From Candidatus Woesearchaeota archaeon (GTDB lineage Archaea; Nanobdellota; Nanobdellia; Tiddalikarchaeales; Tiddalikarchaeaceae), in the NCBI GenBank assembly GCA_964457955.1, contig CAYWEY010000003.1:14439-78438 (forward strand): a stretch of 64,000 bases of DNA, in the 5' to 3' direction. Shown piece by piece: positions 29,521 through 39,934 of this stretch; position 1 is the stretch's first letter, and each line of letters starts with the position of its first letter. The notes under the pieces were generated by a model, which saw only the letters and a program-made list of their open reading frames with translations, had not been told where the DNA came from and made no database searches. The translations under genes were made by a program, and so were the position numbers.

Positions 29521-31068
29521 ATGAATGAATGGATTTTGACTAATGGTCTTGGAGGATACTCTTCAAAAGAAGGAGTTCTTAACACTCGGAAATATCATGG
29601 TTTGTTAATTTCGTCAAAAGAACCTCCTGTTAAGAGAAGAGTTCTCGTAAGTGAATTAGTTGATAAAATCAGTGATGAATTAATTAATTATTCTTATTCA
29701 TGGAAAAAACGTCCTTTTTTTTCTCATAATTCAAAAAATTTGAGAATAAATAAGACTATAAACATGGTGGGTGGAGAGAACACAGTTATTATTAATTATT
29801 CAGTTTTTTCAAAAAAACCTGTTGACATGATTATATATCCTTTCATTAATAACAGGAATATTCACTCACTTAATAAGTCAAGAAATATTGATACTAGTGA
29901 AGTATTCATTACTTGCTCTGAATCAAGCATGACTAAGAAAGATTTATGGAAAAAAACTTTTTATGAGAAAGAGAAAGAAAGAGGTTATGACAGTGAAGAA
30001 TATGTTTTTTCTCCCGGATTTTTTAAAATAAGAATAATTGGGAAAAAAAATTTTGAAATAATAATCTCAGATAATGAAACAATTAAAAAAAGAACAAGCA
30101 GTTTTAACCTGCTTGATAGTTTTGTTGTAAAAAGAGGAGATTATAAAACAATAATTGCAGGATATCACTGGTTTTCGGACTGGGGAAGAGATTCAATGAT
30201 AAGCATTCCAGGATTATTATTGTCAAGAAAGAAGTACTCAACTGCTAAAAAAATATTAACTCTTTATTCCAAATATTTGAAGAAAGGTATGATTCCACAC
30301 GTCTTCCTGGAGAACAATGAAATAAGGTATGACAGTATTGACACTAGTTTATGGTTTGTGAAAACTGTTCATGAATATTCTGAACTTACTGGAGACGATA
30401 GTTTTGAAGAATTTGTTCATGAAATAATAAATAATTATAAGAATTTCTGTGATAGTGATGGTTTAGTTATTAATCCAGGCCTTAATTCTTGGATGGACAC
30501 TCTTAAAAGACAAGGCAAGCTTGTGGAAGTTAATAGTTTATGGTATAATTGTCTGAAGAATTATGATTATGAGATGGCGGGCAAAGTAAAGAATAGTTTC
30601 AAAAAATTCTGGAATAATAAAAAGAATTGTTTGTATGATTCTTTAAATCCTGATGATGAAAGTGTTCGTCCCAACCAATTATTCGCAGTAGGACTAGAGC
30701 ATACTCCTCTGAGCAAAACTAAATGCAGAAAAATATTGAACAAGATTGTGAATAAAATAGTAACTCCTTACGGGCTAAGAAGTTTATCCCCGGACAATCC
30801 TAATTATAAAGAAATGTATTATGGAAGTGTTTCAGAGCGTGACAGAGCATACCATAATGGGATTATATGGCCTTGGCTTATAGGAATATTTCTTGACTCT
30901 TGTAAAAAAATAGATTACGATTTTGATAAGGAATACTTTGTTAAGAGTTTCAAAAATTTCATATTAATTCCTGAAATATTTGATTCAGAACCACCATTTA
31001 CTCCAAGAGGATGTATTAGTCAGGCATGGAGTGTTGCAGAACTTTACAGACATGGGATTATCGATTGA
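29521..31068 (+). CDS. glycogen-debranching-enzyme-like glycoside hydrolase (amylo-alpha-1,6-glucosidase / GDE_C family)
   Basis: GYHWFSDWGRDSMISIPGLLL signature of the GDE C-terminal (alpha/alpha)6 barrel; 515 aa. Confidence 0.6.
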   Translation: MNEWILTNGLGGYSSKEGVLNTRKYHGLLISSKEPPVKRRVLVSELVDKISDELINYSYSWKKRPFFSHNSKNLRINKTINMVGGENTVIINYSVFSKKPVDMIIYPFINNRNIHSLNKSRNIDTSEVFITCSESSMTKKDLWKKTFYEKEKERGYDSEEYVFSPGFFKIRIIGKKNFEIIISDNETIKKRTSSFNLLDSFVVKRGDYKTIIAGYHWFSDWGRDSMISIPGLLLSRKKYSTAKKILTLYSKYLKKGMIPHVFLENNEIRYDSIDTSLWFVKTVHEYSELTGDDSFEEFVHEIINNYKNFCDSDGLVINPGLNSWMDTLKRQGKLVEVNSLWYNCLKNYDYEMAGKVKNSFKKFWNNKKNCLYDSLNPDDESVRPNQLFAVGLEHTPLSKTKCRKILNKIVNKIVTPYGLRSLSPDNPNYKEMYYGSVSERDRAYHNGIIWPWLIGIFLDSCKKIDYDFDKEYFVKSFKNFILIPEIFDSEPPFTPRGCISQAWSVAELYRHGIID

Positions 31069-31377
31069 AAAGCCATGTTTTTTTGTAAAAAAATGATATT
31101 CCAAGAGCAAATAATAAGTATATAATCGTATTCCATAATTCTATTGCAAAAATTTTTCCAGTTGATATAAGATATCCTTGTTTTATACATATTACTATTC
31201 CTGAGAATAGAATTAGTAATTTACCAACAGTCATTTTCTTAATATTCCTCGTATTTTTCAGTATAGTCCCCATTATTATTAGTCCGCTCACAAATTCAAG
31301 GAATCGGAGGCTTACATCAGAAGTTAATACAAGTTCAGTCATTAGAATATAAAATAATTTTTAATAAACTTTAAAAT

Positions 31378-32331
31378 TTGTGGTTTAATCTAATTATTTT
31401 TATTATGACGTTGTTCACAGATGTTTCAATATTATTGATGTGTTTTGTGCTTTTCTCTTTCTTATCAGAACACTTGGTTTCATCCCTAACTCATTTTTCA
31501 AAAAAACTTAATATAAGTATGTTCATAATTGGTTCAGTAATTCTTTCTTTAGGAACAAGCGCTCCTGAACTAATAGGCGCAATTTTTTCATCAATTATTG
31601 GTGTAGGAGAACTTGCTTTAGGAGGATTGATAGGAAGCAATATCACAAATATTTGCTTAGTACTGGGTGTTACTGCAATAATTCATCCAATATCTCCTTT
31701 TTATAGCACAGAACTTGATGATTCCTTATTTTTAACATTCATTAACCTACTCTTCCTCCTTTTCATACTTGACAGTTTCATAAGTCGTTATGAAGGAGCA
31801 GCACTCATATTATTATATGTTTTATACCATCTTTATTCATACAAGGATGTTAATGCTGAAAAAGAGATTTATATAAGCAGTATTAATGCGGATTTACTGC
31901 TCACTCCTGTTTCTGTTGTTGGACTAGTTATTTGCGGTTTTCTTGCAATAAGTTCTTCAATCAGAATTTCAGAACAGCTTAATATTTCTTTTGTTGGTTT
32001 TGGACTTACTGTTCTTGCTTTAGGAAGTTCACTTCCTGAATTATTCAGTTCAGCAGTTTCTGCTTTGAAAAAGAAATCAAAACTAGCTGTTGGAAATGTT
32101 ATGGGAAGCAATATTGCTAATTTTTTGTTAGTTCTTGGTGTTCTTGCTTTAATAAATCCGTTAAGTGTTAAAATAACATCAATTATTGTCCTCTCCCTAT
32201 TTTTATTATTCATTGCAGTATTATTATTAACATTCTTTATATGGAATGATAAGTCACTAACTAAAGGTGAAGGAATCGCTCTTTTAATAACGTACTTAAT
32301 GTACTTATTGATTATTTCTTTAATGACTTAG
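31378..32331 (+). CDS. Ca2+/cation antiporter (CaCA / YrbG family)
   Basis: Two alpha repeats GTSAPELIGAIFSS...GSNITNICLVLG and GSSLPELFSSAVSA...GSNIANFLLVLG. Confidence 0.75.
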   Translation: MWFNLIIFIMTLFTDVSILLMCFVLFSFLSEHLVSSLTHFSKKLNISMFIIGSVILSLGTSAPELIGAIFSSIIGVGELALGGLIGSNITNICLVLGVTAIIHPISPFYSTELDDSLFLTFINLLFLLFILDSFISRYEGAALILLYVLYHLYSYKDVNAEKEIYISSINADLLLTPVSVVGLVICGFLAISSSIRISEQLNISFVGFGLTVLALGSSLPELFSSAVSALKKKSKLAVGNVMGSNIANFLLVLGVLALINPLSVKITSIIVLSLFLLFIAVLLLTFFIWNDKSLTKGEGIALLITYLMYLLIISLMT

Positions 32332-33704
32332 TACATTTCAACTTTTTCTTCAGTAGTATATCCTGGAGGCAGTGCTTCAGGACTGGACCCACCATGCCAG
32401 GTTATTCTGGGCCTTACTTGCATTGGATAAACTTTTTCTCCCAAGTCATCCATTACTAAAGCACTTCCCTTAAGCTTGGGTAAGTCTTTCATTTGTTTCG
32501 TGACTCCGCCGGAAGCGTATGCTCCCATAACTCTTGCAAGAGCCTGAATATCCGCGTCAGCAGTTAATCTGTGGCTTAAAACAATGTCTGCCTGAGTTAT
32601 GGCATCTATCCTAATCTTGGCTGGCTGCTGTGTTGCCATAACAAGATTAACTCCCGGCTGTCTTCCTTCTCTCAGTATCATAACTAAGGGCATTGTAGCA
32701 AGCGTGGTTCCTTCATCAGGTGGGGGCAGGAATTCGTGCGCTTCATCAACAAAAACCCATACTAATGGTATTTCTTTCTTAGCCTCTTCTTCATAATCAA
32801 CTTTTTCTTTTTTCTTTTTTCCAGCACCAAAATAAGTGTAACTTGACTGAACAGTAGCAAGTTCTTCAATCTTTCTTGCAACCATACGGGTTTCGAGCAA
32901 TCTTCTGCTGATAAGTCCGATTACCATGCTTCTCACATCAAAACCTCCTGTTGCACCAGCATAAATACTAATATCTATAACACTCATTTTTCCCCTTTTA
33001 ACAAGTTCATCAAGAGGTGTTGCTTCTTTAGAGAACACTCCCCACTCTTTTGCTCCTTCGAAACGGTTTGCTGCAGCAATCCTTATTCTTTTCTCAATAT
33101 CTTTATCTTCAAGAATAGTCTCTTTTATTTTATCAAGCCCATAATTATCCTTCTTTTTCTTAATAGAATTAACTGCTTTCTCAATCGCAACACCAACTTC
33201 AGAAGAGAGTGTAGTGTTAAAAACCATCGCCCACTCAGGAGCTGACAAGTCTGAAGGATTAATAGTGAAAGGCTTATCCACAGGCACATTCTTTTCCTTA
33301 TAATAATCATAATAACCTTCAGGAACATAAACAACAGTAGTATCAGGATAACCTTCAGGAGATAATCCCCAATCCTCAAGTAATCTTGCCTGCCTGTAAT
33401 TAGGGAATTTTGTAGTCCAGTAAACTCCCATAGTATCAAAGAATATCATACCAATATTTTTTCTCACAAAATCTTGTAAACCAATTATGGATTCAGCCAT
33501 TACTCCCATAGTATAAGTTTTTCCGCTTCCTCTCTTTCCGCATATTAGGACAATGTGTGATGAATTAACATCCATGTATATTTTGTTAGCAAGACTAGTA
33601 GTTTTCCCCATAGTCACGTAATGTTTTCCTAAGAGTGCTGCTGCATCAGTACCTAATTTCTGATAATCCTTCAAACTTCTTCCGAGAACAATATCATACG
33701 CCAT
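32328..33704 (-). CDS. HerA/FtsK-like P-loop ATPase (COG0433, DUF87)
   Basis: HIVLICGKRGSGKTYTMGVM Walker A, VWVFVDEAHEFL Walker B; composition (A/G/V/R-rich) unlike neighbours. Confidence 0.6.
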   Translation of the reverse strand: MAYDIVLGRSLKDYQKLGTDAAALLGKHYVTMGKTTSLANKIYMDVNSSHIVLICGKRGSGKTYTMGVMAESIIGLQDFVRKNIGMIFFDTMGVYWTTKFPNYRQARLLEDWGLSPEGYPDTTVVYVPEGYYDYYKEKNVPVDKPFTINPSDLSAPEWAMVFNTTLSSEVGVAIEKAVNSIKKKKDNYGLDKIKETILEDKDIEKRIRIAAANRFEGAKEWGVFSKEATPLDELVKRGKMSVIDISIYAGATGGFDVRSMVIGLISRRLLETRMVARKIEELATVQSSYTYFGAGKKKKEKVDYEEEAKKEIPLVWVFVDEAHEFLPPPDEGTTLATMPLVMILREGRQPGVNLVMATQQPAKIRIDAITQADIVLSHRLTADADIQALARVMGAYASGGVTKQMKDLPKLKGSALVMDDLGEKVYPMQVRPRITWHGGSSPEALPPGYTTEEKVEMY

Positions 33705-33748
33705 TAGTATTAGAATAAATACTGTGTTTTATTAAAAATATTTTCCCC

Positions 33749-34249
33749 TTATATGAAATGAAAATAGTTCCTGTTCAGGAACTCGACCAGTCTTCCTGAC
33801 AAGTAAGTGACTAAAATAACTATTATTGTAATAAGAACATGTTCAGTTATTGCATTTGTTGAATTTGTTCCCTGCTTTTTAGCAATAAAATAACTGAATA
33901 ATGCTATTAAAAAAATACCCCAAAAAATGCTTATCATGATTGCTGTTGAGTGCTCGAATAAGAAAATTGGAACAGCGAATGTGGAAGCTATTATTATTTT
34001 TGTCAAAAAAGTGGAGAATGTGGCAGTCCATATCTTCTTAACTGATTTTGTTGTTGATTCCTCACTCACATGAATTCCTAAAGAGTCACTCATAGCGTCA
34101 GCAATACCTATTGAAAAAATTCCTGTGAGTACAACGAATTTTGAGTTTGTTGAAGCATTCAAACCAACCATAGTTCCTATTGTTGTAATAACTCCTGAAA
34201 TAAGTCCAAAACTCACTCCAGTCAATAATGATTCATCCATCTTCTTCAT
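33749..34249 (-). CDS. VIT1/CCC1-like (DUF125) membrane protein
   Basis: 166 aa, GLISGVITTIG and GIADAMSDSLG motifs, 4-5 TM. Confidence 0.4.
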   Translation of the reverse strand: MKKMDESLLTGVSFGLISGVITTIGTMVGLNASTNSKFVVLTGIFSIGIADAMSDSLGIHVSEESTTKSVKKIWTATFSTFLTKIIIASTFAVPIFLFEHSTAIMISIFWGIFLIALFSYFIAKKQGTNSTNAITEHVLITIIVILVTYLSGRLVEFLNRNYFHFI

Positions 34250-34269
34250 GATTTATACTTTAACTCCAT

Positions 34270-35553
34270 TTATTTTGGAGTTGTACTTCCCCACTTGTCA
34301 AGAGCTTTTTTTAATTCTTTATGCTTTTCTGCGTATTCTTCTACACTGATGTCTTTCATTATTGCAGTTATTGATTGTCTTAATGCTTTGGCTCCATTAT
34401 GTGTTCCATCAGGATGACCATGAACTCCTCCTCCAGCCTGTATTAATATATTGGAGCCCAATAAGTCAATAAGCCTCTTTATTATTCCCGGATGAAGTCC
34501 TCCACTGCAAGTTCCGAATACAGGTTTTGTACCATACCATTCCTGCTCTAATAATAATTTTCCTTCAGTGTTTGACATTAATGACGTCTTTGTATGATTG
34601 TCACTCACTTCTTTTTTGTCACCCACCAGTTTACCAAGTCCACCTATATGAAGGTTGTCAACACCTATTATTCTTGCTATTTCAGCAATCACTTTCATAC
34701 TCATCCCATGTTTTGGGTTTCTGTCAAAAGCTGCGTGGAATGCGCGGTGAGCATGTATTGCAAGCCCTAATTCTTCGCATTTATCTCTTATAGTCTGGAC
34801 TCCTCCCCACCCAACAGTAAGTATATCAACCATAACGTATTCATTATCATATTCTTTAACAAGTTCTGCTCTTCTTTTCATTTCTTCAGTTTCTGCAGTA
34901 ATGTTCACAAAATAACTTTTTGTTTCTCCTGTCTCTTTCTCTGCTTTCTCCCTCATCTTCATACTTAAGTCAAGTCTTTTCTTAAACTTGTTAAAATTTT
35001 GTGATGTCAAGTTTTCATCATCTTTCAAGAAATCAATTCCTCCAGTCCATGCTTTATAACCAACATCAGCATGTTCTTCTGAATAATACCCTACTTTTGG
35101 TTTAGGAACTGTTGCTGTAAGTGGGCGCTTATCAACTTTCATGAAATCCCTTACACCATTTATTCCAAACTGGGGTCCTTTGAAGCTCTTAATCAATTTT
35201 TTAGGCCAATGAATATCTTCAATTCTTAATCCGTCAATTGCTTTCATTCCAAAAATATTTCCAGCAATACTGCTCAAGATTTGAGGCATATTCCCTTCCT
35301 CGAATAATTCAAATGGGTAAGCTACTTTAACAAAATCCTTATCTATATCATAACAGTGTGCTGATAATTTAGTGATATGCTCAGGAACTCTTAATCCTGC
35401 CCATGTCCCATTGCTAGATTCGCTTGCTACGCGGGCAGCAGCTTTCTCCATGCTAAATCCTTTTGCAGGCGTAATCCTGAATAAGACTATTAAATCATCT
35501 TTTGCAGGCGCATAATTCATGTCAAGAAAATCTTCATACTTTATCGTTATCAT
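34270..35553 (-). CDS. rbcL: ribulose-1,5-bisphosphate carboxylase/oxygenase, form III (archaeal type)
   Basis: GLKDDENL (carbamylated Lys region), HIGGLGKLVG, GGGVHGHPDG; 427 aa. Confidence 0.9.
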   Translation of the reverse strand: MITIKYEDFLDMNYAPAKDDLIVLFRITPAKGFSMEKAAARVASESSNGTWAGLRVPEHITKLSAHCYDIDKDFVKVAYPFELFEEGNMPQILSSIAGNIFGMKAIDGLRIEDIHWPKKLIKSFKGPQFGINGVRDFMKVDKRPLTATVPKPKVGYYSEEHADVGYKAWTGGIDFLKDDENLTSQNFNKFKKRLDLSMKMREKAEKETGETKSYFVNITAETEEMKRRAELVKEYDNEYVMVDILTVGWGGVQTIRDKCEELGLAIHAHRAFHAAFDRNPKHGMSMKVIAEIARIIGVDNLHIGGLGKLVGDKKEVSDNHTKTSLMSNTEGKLLLEQEWYGTKPVFGTCSGGLHPGIIKRLIDLLGSNILIQAGGGVHGHPDGTHNGAKALRQSITAIMKDISVEEYAEKHKELKKALDKWGSTTPK

Positions 35554-35956
35554 GATATAAAAAAGATATTAATTTATTAAAAACTTTATTCTTCTTTAAC
35601 CTATCATCTTCAAAAATTATTTCTAATCCTTCTTTATTAATATTAATAACTATTCCCTCACCACGTATTGATTTCGGACCAATAATCATCTTCTCGAATT
35701 CTTCGGATATATCCTTCTTGAGTCTTGAATACTTTCTCCACATCTCTTCAAGTCTTAAAGTATTTACTCCATACTTTTTCCCAAGTTTCTTAATCTTTAT
35801 TAAGTCATGCTTCCAGTAAAAATCCCTGCCTTCTGTTAAGGAATGAATAGTTTGAACATCACCTATTTCTGGTTTAATATTATCTATTATCTTTTGCGCT
35901 TCCTTACTCATTTCTTCATACAATCTTCTGAACTTTAAGATTTTATCTTTCAGCAT
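35534..35956 (-). CDS. hypothetical protein co-transcribed with RuBisCO
   Basis: 140 aa; 20-nt overlap with rbcL start. Confidence 0.35.
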   Translation of the reverse strand: MLKDKILKFRRLYEEMSKEAQKIIDNIKPEIGDVQTIHSLTEGRDFYWKHDLIKIKKLGKKYGVNTLRLEEMWRKYSRLKKDISEEFEKMIIGPKSIRGEGIVININKEGLEIIFEDDRLKKNKVFNKLISFLYHDNDKV

Positions 35957-36006
35957 AACTAATAACTAAAGACTTTTATTACAAAAATTTTTTTATTACA
36001 TTATCT

Positions 36007-36093
36007 GCCAGGGTGGCGGAGTCCGGTCAAACGCGTCAGCCTCGAGAGTTGATGAGCTTCGTGCTCGCGCAGGTTCGAATCCTGCTCCTGGCG
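36007..36093 (+). tRNA. tRNA-Ser (anticodon CGA), long variable arm
   Basis: Acceptor GCCAGGG, anticodon loop CUCGAGA, variable stem GAGC/GCUC, T-arm GCAGGUUCGAAUCCUGC. Confidence 0.8.
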
Positions 36094-36462
36094 AATATTT
36101 ATTATGATTAGATAGGAGATAAGAAATGCAGTGCTGAACAAATTATTGAGGCATTTGAGAAGAAAAAAGTATATAAAATCACAAGAAATCCTAATTGGAG
36201 AACAATTTGATTTTTAAATTAATATTATTAGTTAAAGAATATAAAAATAATAAAAATTTCTGTTTTTTTTAATGACTGAGAAGAGTGATTTAAAAATTGT
36301 AACAAATTTTTATAATAGGGAGGCTTTTGTTTCAAAAATTGTGGATTTAATTTACGAGAATGAAGAGTTTTCTAAAAATGAATTGTAAAATATCAGAAAA
36401 AATTTAATTCAAAATATTTTAGCATTCATGCGAAAAATTATCCTGAAAAGTGTAAATATTAT

Positions 36463-36729
36463 GTGGAGAGAGAAAAATATGTTAATAAGATTATTAAGAA
36501 AGAAAAATTTTCTGAACTAAAAATTCAATATTCTATTGGTATGAGTTTTCCTTTTAATACTTCAAGCTCTCAGAGAATAAAAGACTTGGATGATTTATTA
36601 TCTCAGAATAAACTTATTAGAATACTTGATGAGAAAAATAATGGTTTTAAATTGTCAAATAGGGGAAGATTCTTATCGAAAAGGTATGAATTAAGGGATA
36701 AAGAAGTTGAAAATATTAAAAATTTATAA
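36463..36729 (+). CDS. hypothetical protein
   Basis: 88 aa ORF. Confidence 0.3.
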   Translation: MEREKYVNKIIKKEKFSELKIQYSIGMSFPFNTSSSQRIKDLDDLLSQNKLIRILDEKNNGFKLSNRGRFLSKRYELRDKEVENIKNL

Positions 36730-36826
36730 ACAATCCTAATAGGATTAACATTTTTGATTACTTGGTAAAAAGACTGTTCGAGTACTTTATTAAATTATAT
36801 CTGCAGGGGTTTGCAGCTTGGAATAA

Positions 36827-37069
36827 TTAGTCTTCTATTTTCTTAACTTCTATTGCTCCTTTAGGACAGCCAGCTTCTGCTTTTTTATTGCATTCAACAT
36901 CTTCTTTATCACTTAGTTCTATCTCAAAGATTCCGTCTTCAACTTCTTTCTCTCCCTTTAAGTGTATTTTGCCTTCTTTTTCATCAAACTTCCAGAATTT
37001 TGGGCATACTGCTTCGCAGACGCGGTTCTCCTCGCACTTTTCACGGTAAAATATGGCTTTATACTTCAT
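36827..37069 (-). CDS. single-cluster ferredoxin (divergent 4Fe-4S/3Fe-4S)
   Basis: CEAVCPKFW...AGCPKGAIEV. Confidence 0.55.
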   Translation of the reverse strand: MKYKAIFYREKCEENRVCEAVCPKFWKFDEKEGKIHLKGEKEVEDGIFEIELSDKEDVECNKKAEAGCPKGAIEVKKIED

Positions 37070-37073
37070 TATC

Positions 37074-37346
37074 TTATACCTCCTCTACTTTTATTACATT
37101 AACAGGACATTGTTCGGCAGCGTCTTTGTTCAGTTCTAAATCACTCTTTTCAGCATCTTCTTCTTTTCTTTCAAATACTCCTTTTTTCGTTTCTTTACCA
37201 TCAACTAGGTTTACTTTAGGCTCTTTCTCATCCATAACCCAATATTTTCCTTCACTATCAAGACCTGCACATACACCGCAACCAATGCACGTGTTCCCTT
37301 CAGGACTTTCTCCCTCCCTATAATTCACTATTTTAAAATCAACCAT
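37074..37346 (-). CDS. single-cluster ferredoxin, paralog
   Basis: CIGCGVCAGL...EQCPVNVIKV. Confidence 0.55.
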   Translation of the reverse strand: MVDFKIVNYREGESPEGNTCIGCGVCAGLDSEGKYWVMDEKEPKVNLVDGKETKKGVFERKEEDAEKSDLELNKDAAEQCPVNVIKVEEV

Positions 37347-37363
37347 TTTTTTTTTCCACCTCT

Positions 37364-37681
37364 TTATTCAAACTCGTAACCCTCATTCTGCCATTCTGCA
37401 AGTCCACCAGCATAATAATTAATATTCTTATAATCCATATTCTTTAATTTTTTGTAAGCCTTATCTGATGCTTTGCAATGCTTGCTTGAACAATAAACAA
37501 TTATTTCCGCACTCTTATCAGGTAGTTTTTCTTCAGTTTTTCCTTTAATCTCATTAACAGGTATATTAATTGCTCCAGGAATATGTCTTGCTTCATAACT
37601 TTTTCTTCCAAGAAAATCAACTAAAATAAAATCTTCGTTATTATCAATTTTTTTCTTTAACTCTTTTGCACTTACTTTCAT
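37364..37681 (-). CDS. rhodanese-domain sulfurtransferase
   Basis: ILVDFLGRKSYEARHIPGAINIP and active-site IVYCSSKHC. Confidence 0.75.
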   Translation of the reverse strand: MKVSAKELKKKIDNNEDFILVDFLGRKSYEARHIPGAINIPVNEIKGKTEEKLPDKSAEIIVYCSSKHCKASDKAYKKLKNMDYKNINYYAGGLAEWQNEGYEFE

Positions 37682-37699
37682 ATATAAGTCATCTCCAAA

Positions 37700-37831
37700 C
37701 TAATGCATTTTTTTCTTATGCTTTTTTAAATCCTTAACATTTTGACTGCACTTTGGACAATAATGATGTTTCTTAACATGTTCTTTTTTATCCTTTTTCT
37801 TAACTTCCTTATCACATAATTTACATTTCAT
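37700..37831 (-). CDS. tiny C2H2-type zinc-finger protein (43 aa; below ORF-track cutoff)
   Basis: MKCKLCDKEVKKKDKKEHVKKHHYCPKCSQNV: C-x2-C-x12-H-x3-H. Confidence 0.3.
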   Translation of the reverse strand: MKCKLCDKEVKKKDKKEHVKKHHYCPKCSQNVKDLKKHKKKMH

Positions 37832-37912
37832 AAAATAATGAAGAATTATTGGCTTATTATAAAACTTATTTTCCCGCCAAAAATTTATAATAAATCATGA
37901 TATAAATCAGTT

Positions 37913-38263
37913 ATGAAAAATTTTGTTTTAGGAACATTATTAGTTCTTTTAATTATAGGATGCACTGTACAGCAGGAAGAGGGTATGGAGAATGATGCTA
38001 TGGAAGAAGAAGTTGAGAATCATCAGGTGAGTATTGAAGGTTTTGAGTATATTCCGGCATCAATCACTATTAGTGCAGGCGATACTGTGGTATGGACTAA
38101 TATGGATTCAGCAGAGCATACAGTGACAGAAGATAATAACATTTTTGATTCAGGAAGCATGAATAATGACGACACTTATAATAGAACTTTTAATGAAGAG
38201 GGCACGTACAATTATTACTGCACGCTCCATCCATATATGAAAGGAACAATAATAGTAGAATAA
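37913..38263 (+). CDS. blue copper protein (plastocyanin/halocyanin-like cupredoxin), lipoprotein
   Basis: LIIGC lipobox; type-1 Cu ligands AEHTV ... YYCTLHPYM (C-x2-H-x2-M). Confidence 0.75.
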   Translation: MKNFVLGTLLVLLIIGCTVQQEEGMENDAMEEEVENHQVSIEGFEYIPASITISAGDTVVWTNMDSAEHTVTEDNNIFDSGSMNNDDTYNRTFNEEGTYNYYCTLHPYMKGTIIVE

Positions 38264-38265
38264 TT

Positions 38266-38661
38266 ATGAAGAAAGCAGAAAAGTCTGAAAAAGAATGGAA
38301 AGAAATCCTCACTCCAAAACAATATCATGTATTGAGAGAGAAAGGTACAGAGAAGTTTTTCAGCGGAGAATTGTTAAAGAATAAAGAAGAAGGAATGTAT
38401 GTTTGCGCTGCGTGCGGCAACAAACTATTCAGTTCAGAAACAAAATTTGAGTCAGGAAGTGGTTGGCCGAGTTTTTGGGATGTGATAAAGGAAAGAAATA
38501 TTGAGTTAAGAGAGGACAATAGTTATGGTATGAAACGCACTGAAGTAGTATGTGCTAAGTGTGGCGGGCATCTCGGACACTTATTTGATGACGGGCCCGA
38601 ACCTACTGGTAAGAGGTATTGCATTAATTCTGCATCTTTAGAGTTTGAAAAGAAAGAATAA
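38266..38661 (+). CDS. msrB: peptide methionine-(R)-sulfoxide reductase MsrB
   Basis: [16 protein letters not shown] and two CxxC Zn-site pairs, [11 protein letters not shown]. Confidence 0.9.
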   Translation: MKKAEKSEKEWKEILTPKQYHVLREKGTEKFFSGELLKNKEEGMYVCAACGNKLFSSETKFESGSGWPSFWDVIKERNIELREDNSYGMKRTEVVCAKCGGHLGHLFDDGPEPTGKRYCINSASLEFEKKE

Positions 38662-38903
38662 TATACTCTTAATGACTAAAGTTTTAGTATTTAAAGGAGG
38701 TTTGTTATGAAAAAATGTGTTGTATACTCGGATTGTGATTATAATGTTATGAAACATTTTGGAATATTAACAGATATATTAAGGATGCTGAAGAGCATGA
38801 TGAATACGCCGAAGTATTTAATCAGATAAGGAAAGATACTTAGAAGAATGCTGAAAAACTTAAAAAAAATACTCGTTAAAAAAGTAAAGGAGGATGTGTT
38901 GAA

Positions 38904-39497
38904 ATGAAGAAATATAATTTACCAAAACTACCTTATAGTTATGATGCTCTTGAGCCTCATATTTCAGAAAAGATTCTTAAGATTCATCATGACAAGCATC
39001 ATAAAGGGTACGTTAATAATTCAAATAATTTGATGAAGAAAATGGATGATGCTAGGAAAGAAGATAAAGATGTGGATACGAAAGCAGTGCTTAAAGCATT
39101 AAGTTATAATGTTGCAGGACAATTGCTTCACAGACTTTATTGGAAGAATATGAGTCCTAATGGTGGAGGAATACCTTCAGGAAAATTATTGGATAAGATA
39201 GAAAAAAATTTCAAGAGTTTCAAGAGGTTTAAGAAAGAGTTCAGTCAGGCTGCTAAGAGTGCTGAAGGTTCTGGATGGGCAGTATTAGCATATTCAAAAG
39301 AGGTTGATAAATTAGTCATTATGCAGGTAGAGAAGCATAATGTGAATATAATACCTTCATACCAGTTATTAATGGTGCTTGATGTGTGGGAGCATGCGTA
39401 TTATTTGGATTATGAGAATAATCGGGGAGAATTTGTTGATGCTTTCTGGAAAATAGTGGACTGGGATGAAGTAAGCAAGAGACTGGAGAGTTTATAA
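38904..39497 (+). CDS. sod: Fe/Mn superoxide dismutase
   Basis: LPYSYDALEPHIS, HHDKHH, DVWEHAYYLDYEN. Confidence 0.9.
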   Translation: MKKYNLPKLPYSYDALEPHISEKILKIHHDKHHKGYVNNSNNLMKKMDDARKEDKDVDTKAVLKALSYNVAGQLLHRLYWKNMSPNGGGIPSGKLLDKIEKNFKSFKRFKKEFSQAAKSAEGSGWAVLAYSKEVDKLVIMQVEKHNVNIIPSYQLLMVLDVWEHAYYLDYENNRGEFVDAFWKIVDWDEVSKRLESL

Positions 39498-39934
39498 TGC
39501 CTTATGAGAGTATAAAGGAATTGCCTGACAGTGTTAGGAATAATCTTCCTAAGCACGCTCAGGAAACATATACGAGTGCTTATAATAGTGCATGAAAAGA
39601 GTATAAAGAAGATGTTTCGCGTAGAATCGTGTGGTCAGTGGTTAAGAAAAAATATGAAAAAAAGAATGACAAATGGGTGGAGAAGTGAAAGCAACTTTTG
39701 GTGCGGGTTGTTTCTAACATGTTGAGGAAGCATTCAGCAAAATAAATGGAAGTAACTAATACTATTTTAGGATTCATGGGTGGAAGTGTCAAGAAATTCT
39801 TCATATAAAGAAGTTAATAATGGGGGCATGCAGAAATAGTTCATATTAATAATAAGTTGTTGGACACGTTCTGGAGGATTCATGACCCGACGCAGAAGAA
39901 TAAGCAGGGAACGGATTTTGGTTCACAATATCGT

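Noticed and set aside
31869-34793. ORFs 31869-32213(-), 32599-32796(+), 33125-33439(-), 34125-34349(+), 34527-34793(+)
   Set aside because: Antisense to CaCA, HerA-like ATPase, VIT-like and RuBisCO genes respectively
37000-37323. 107-aa plus-strand S/F-rich ORF
   Set aside because: Antisense across the two ferredoxin genes; low-complexity
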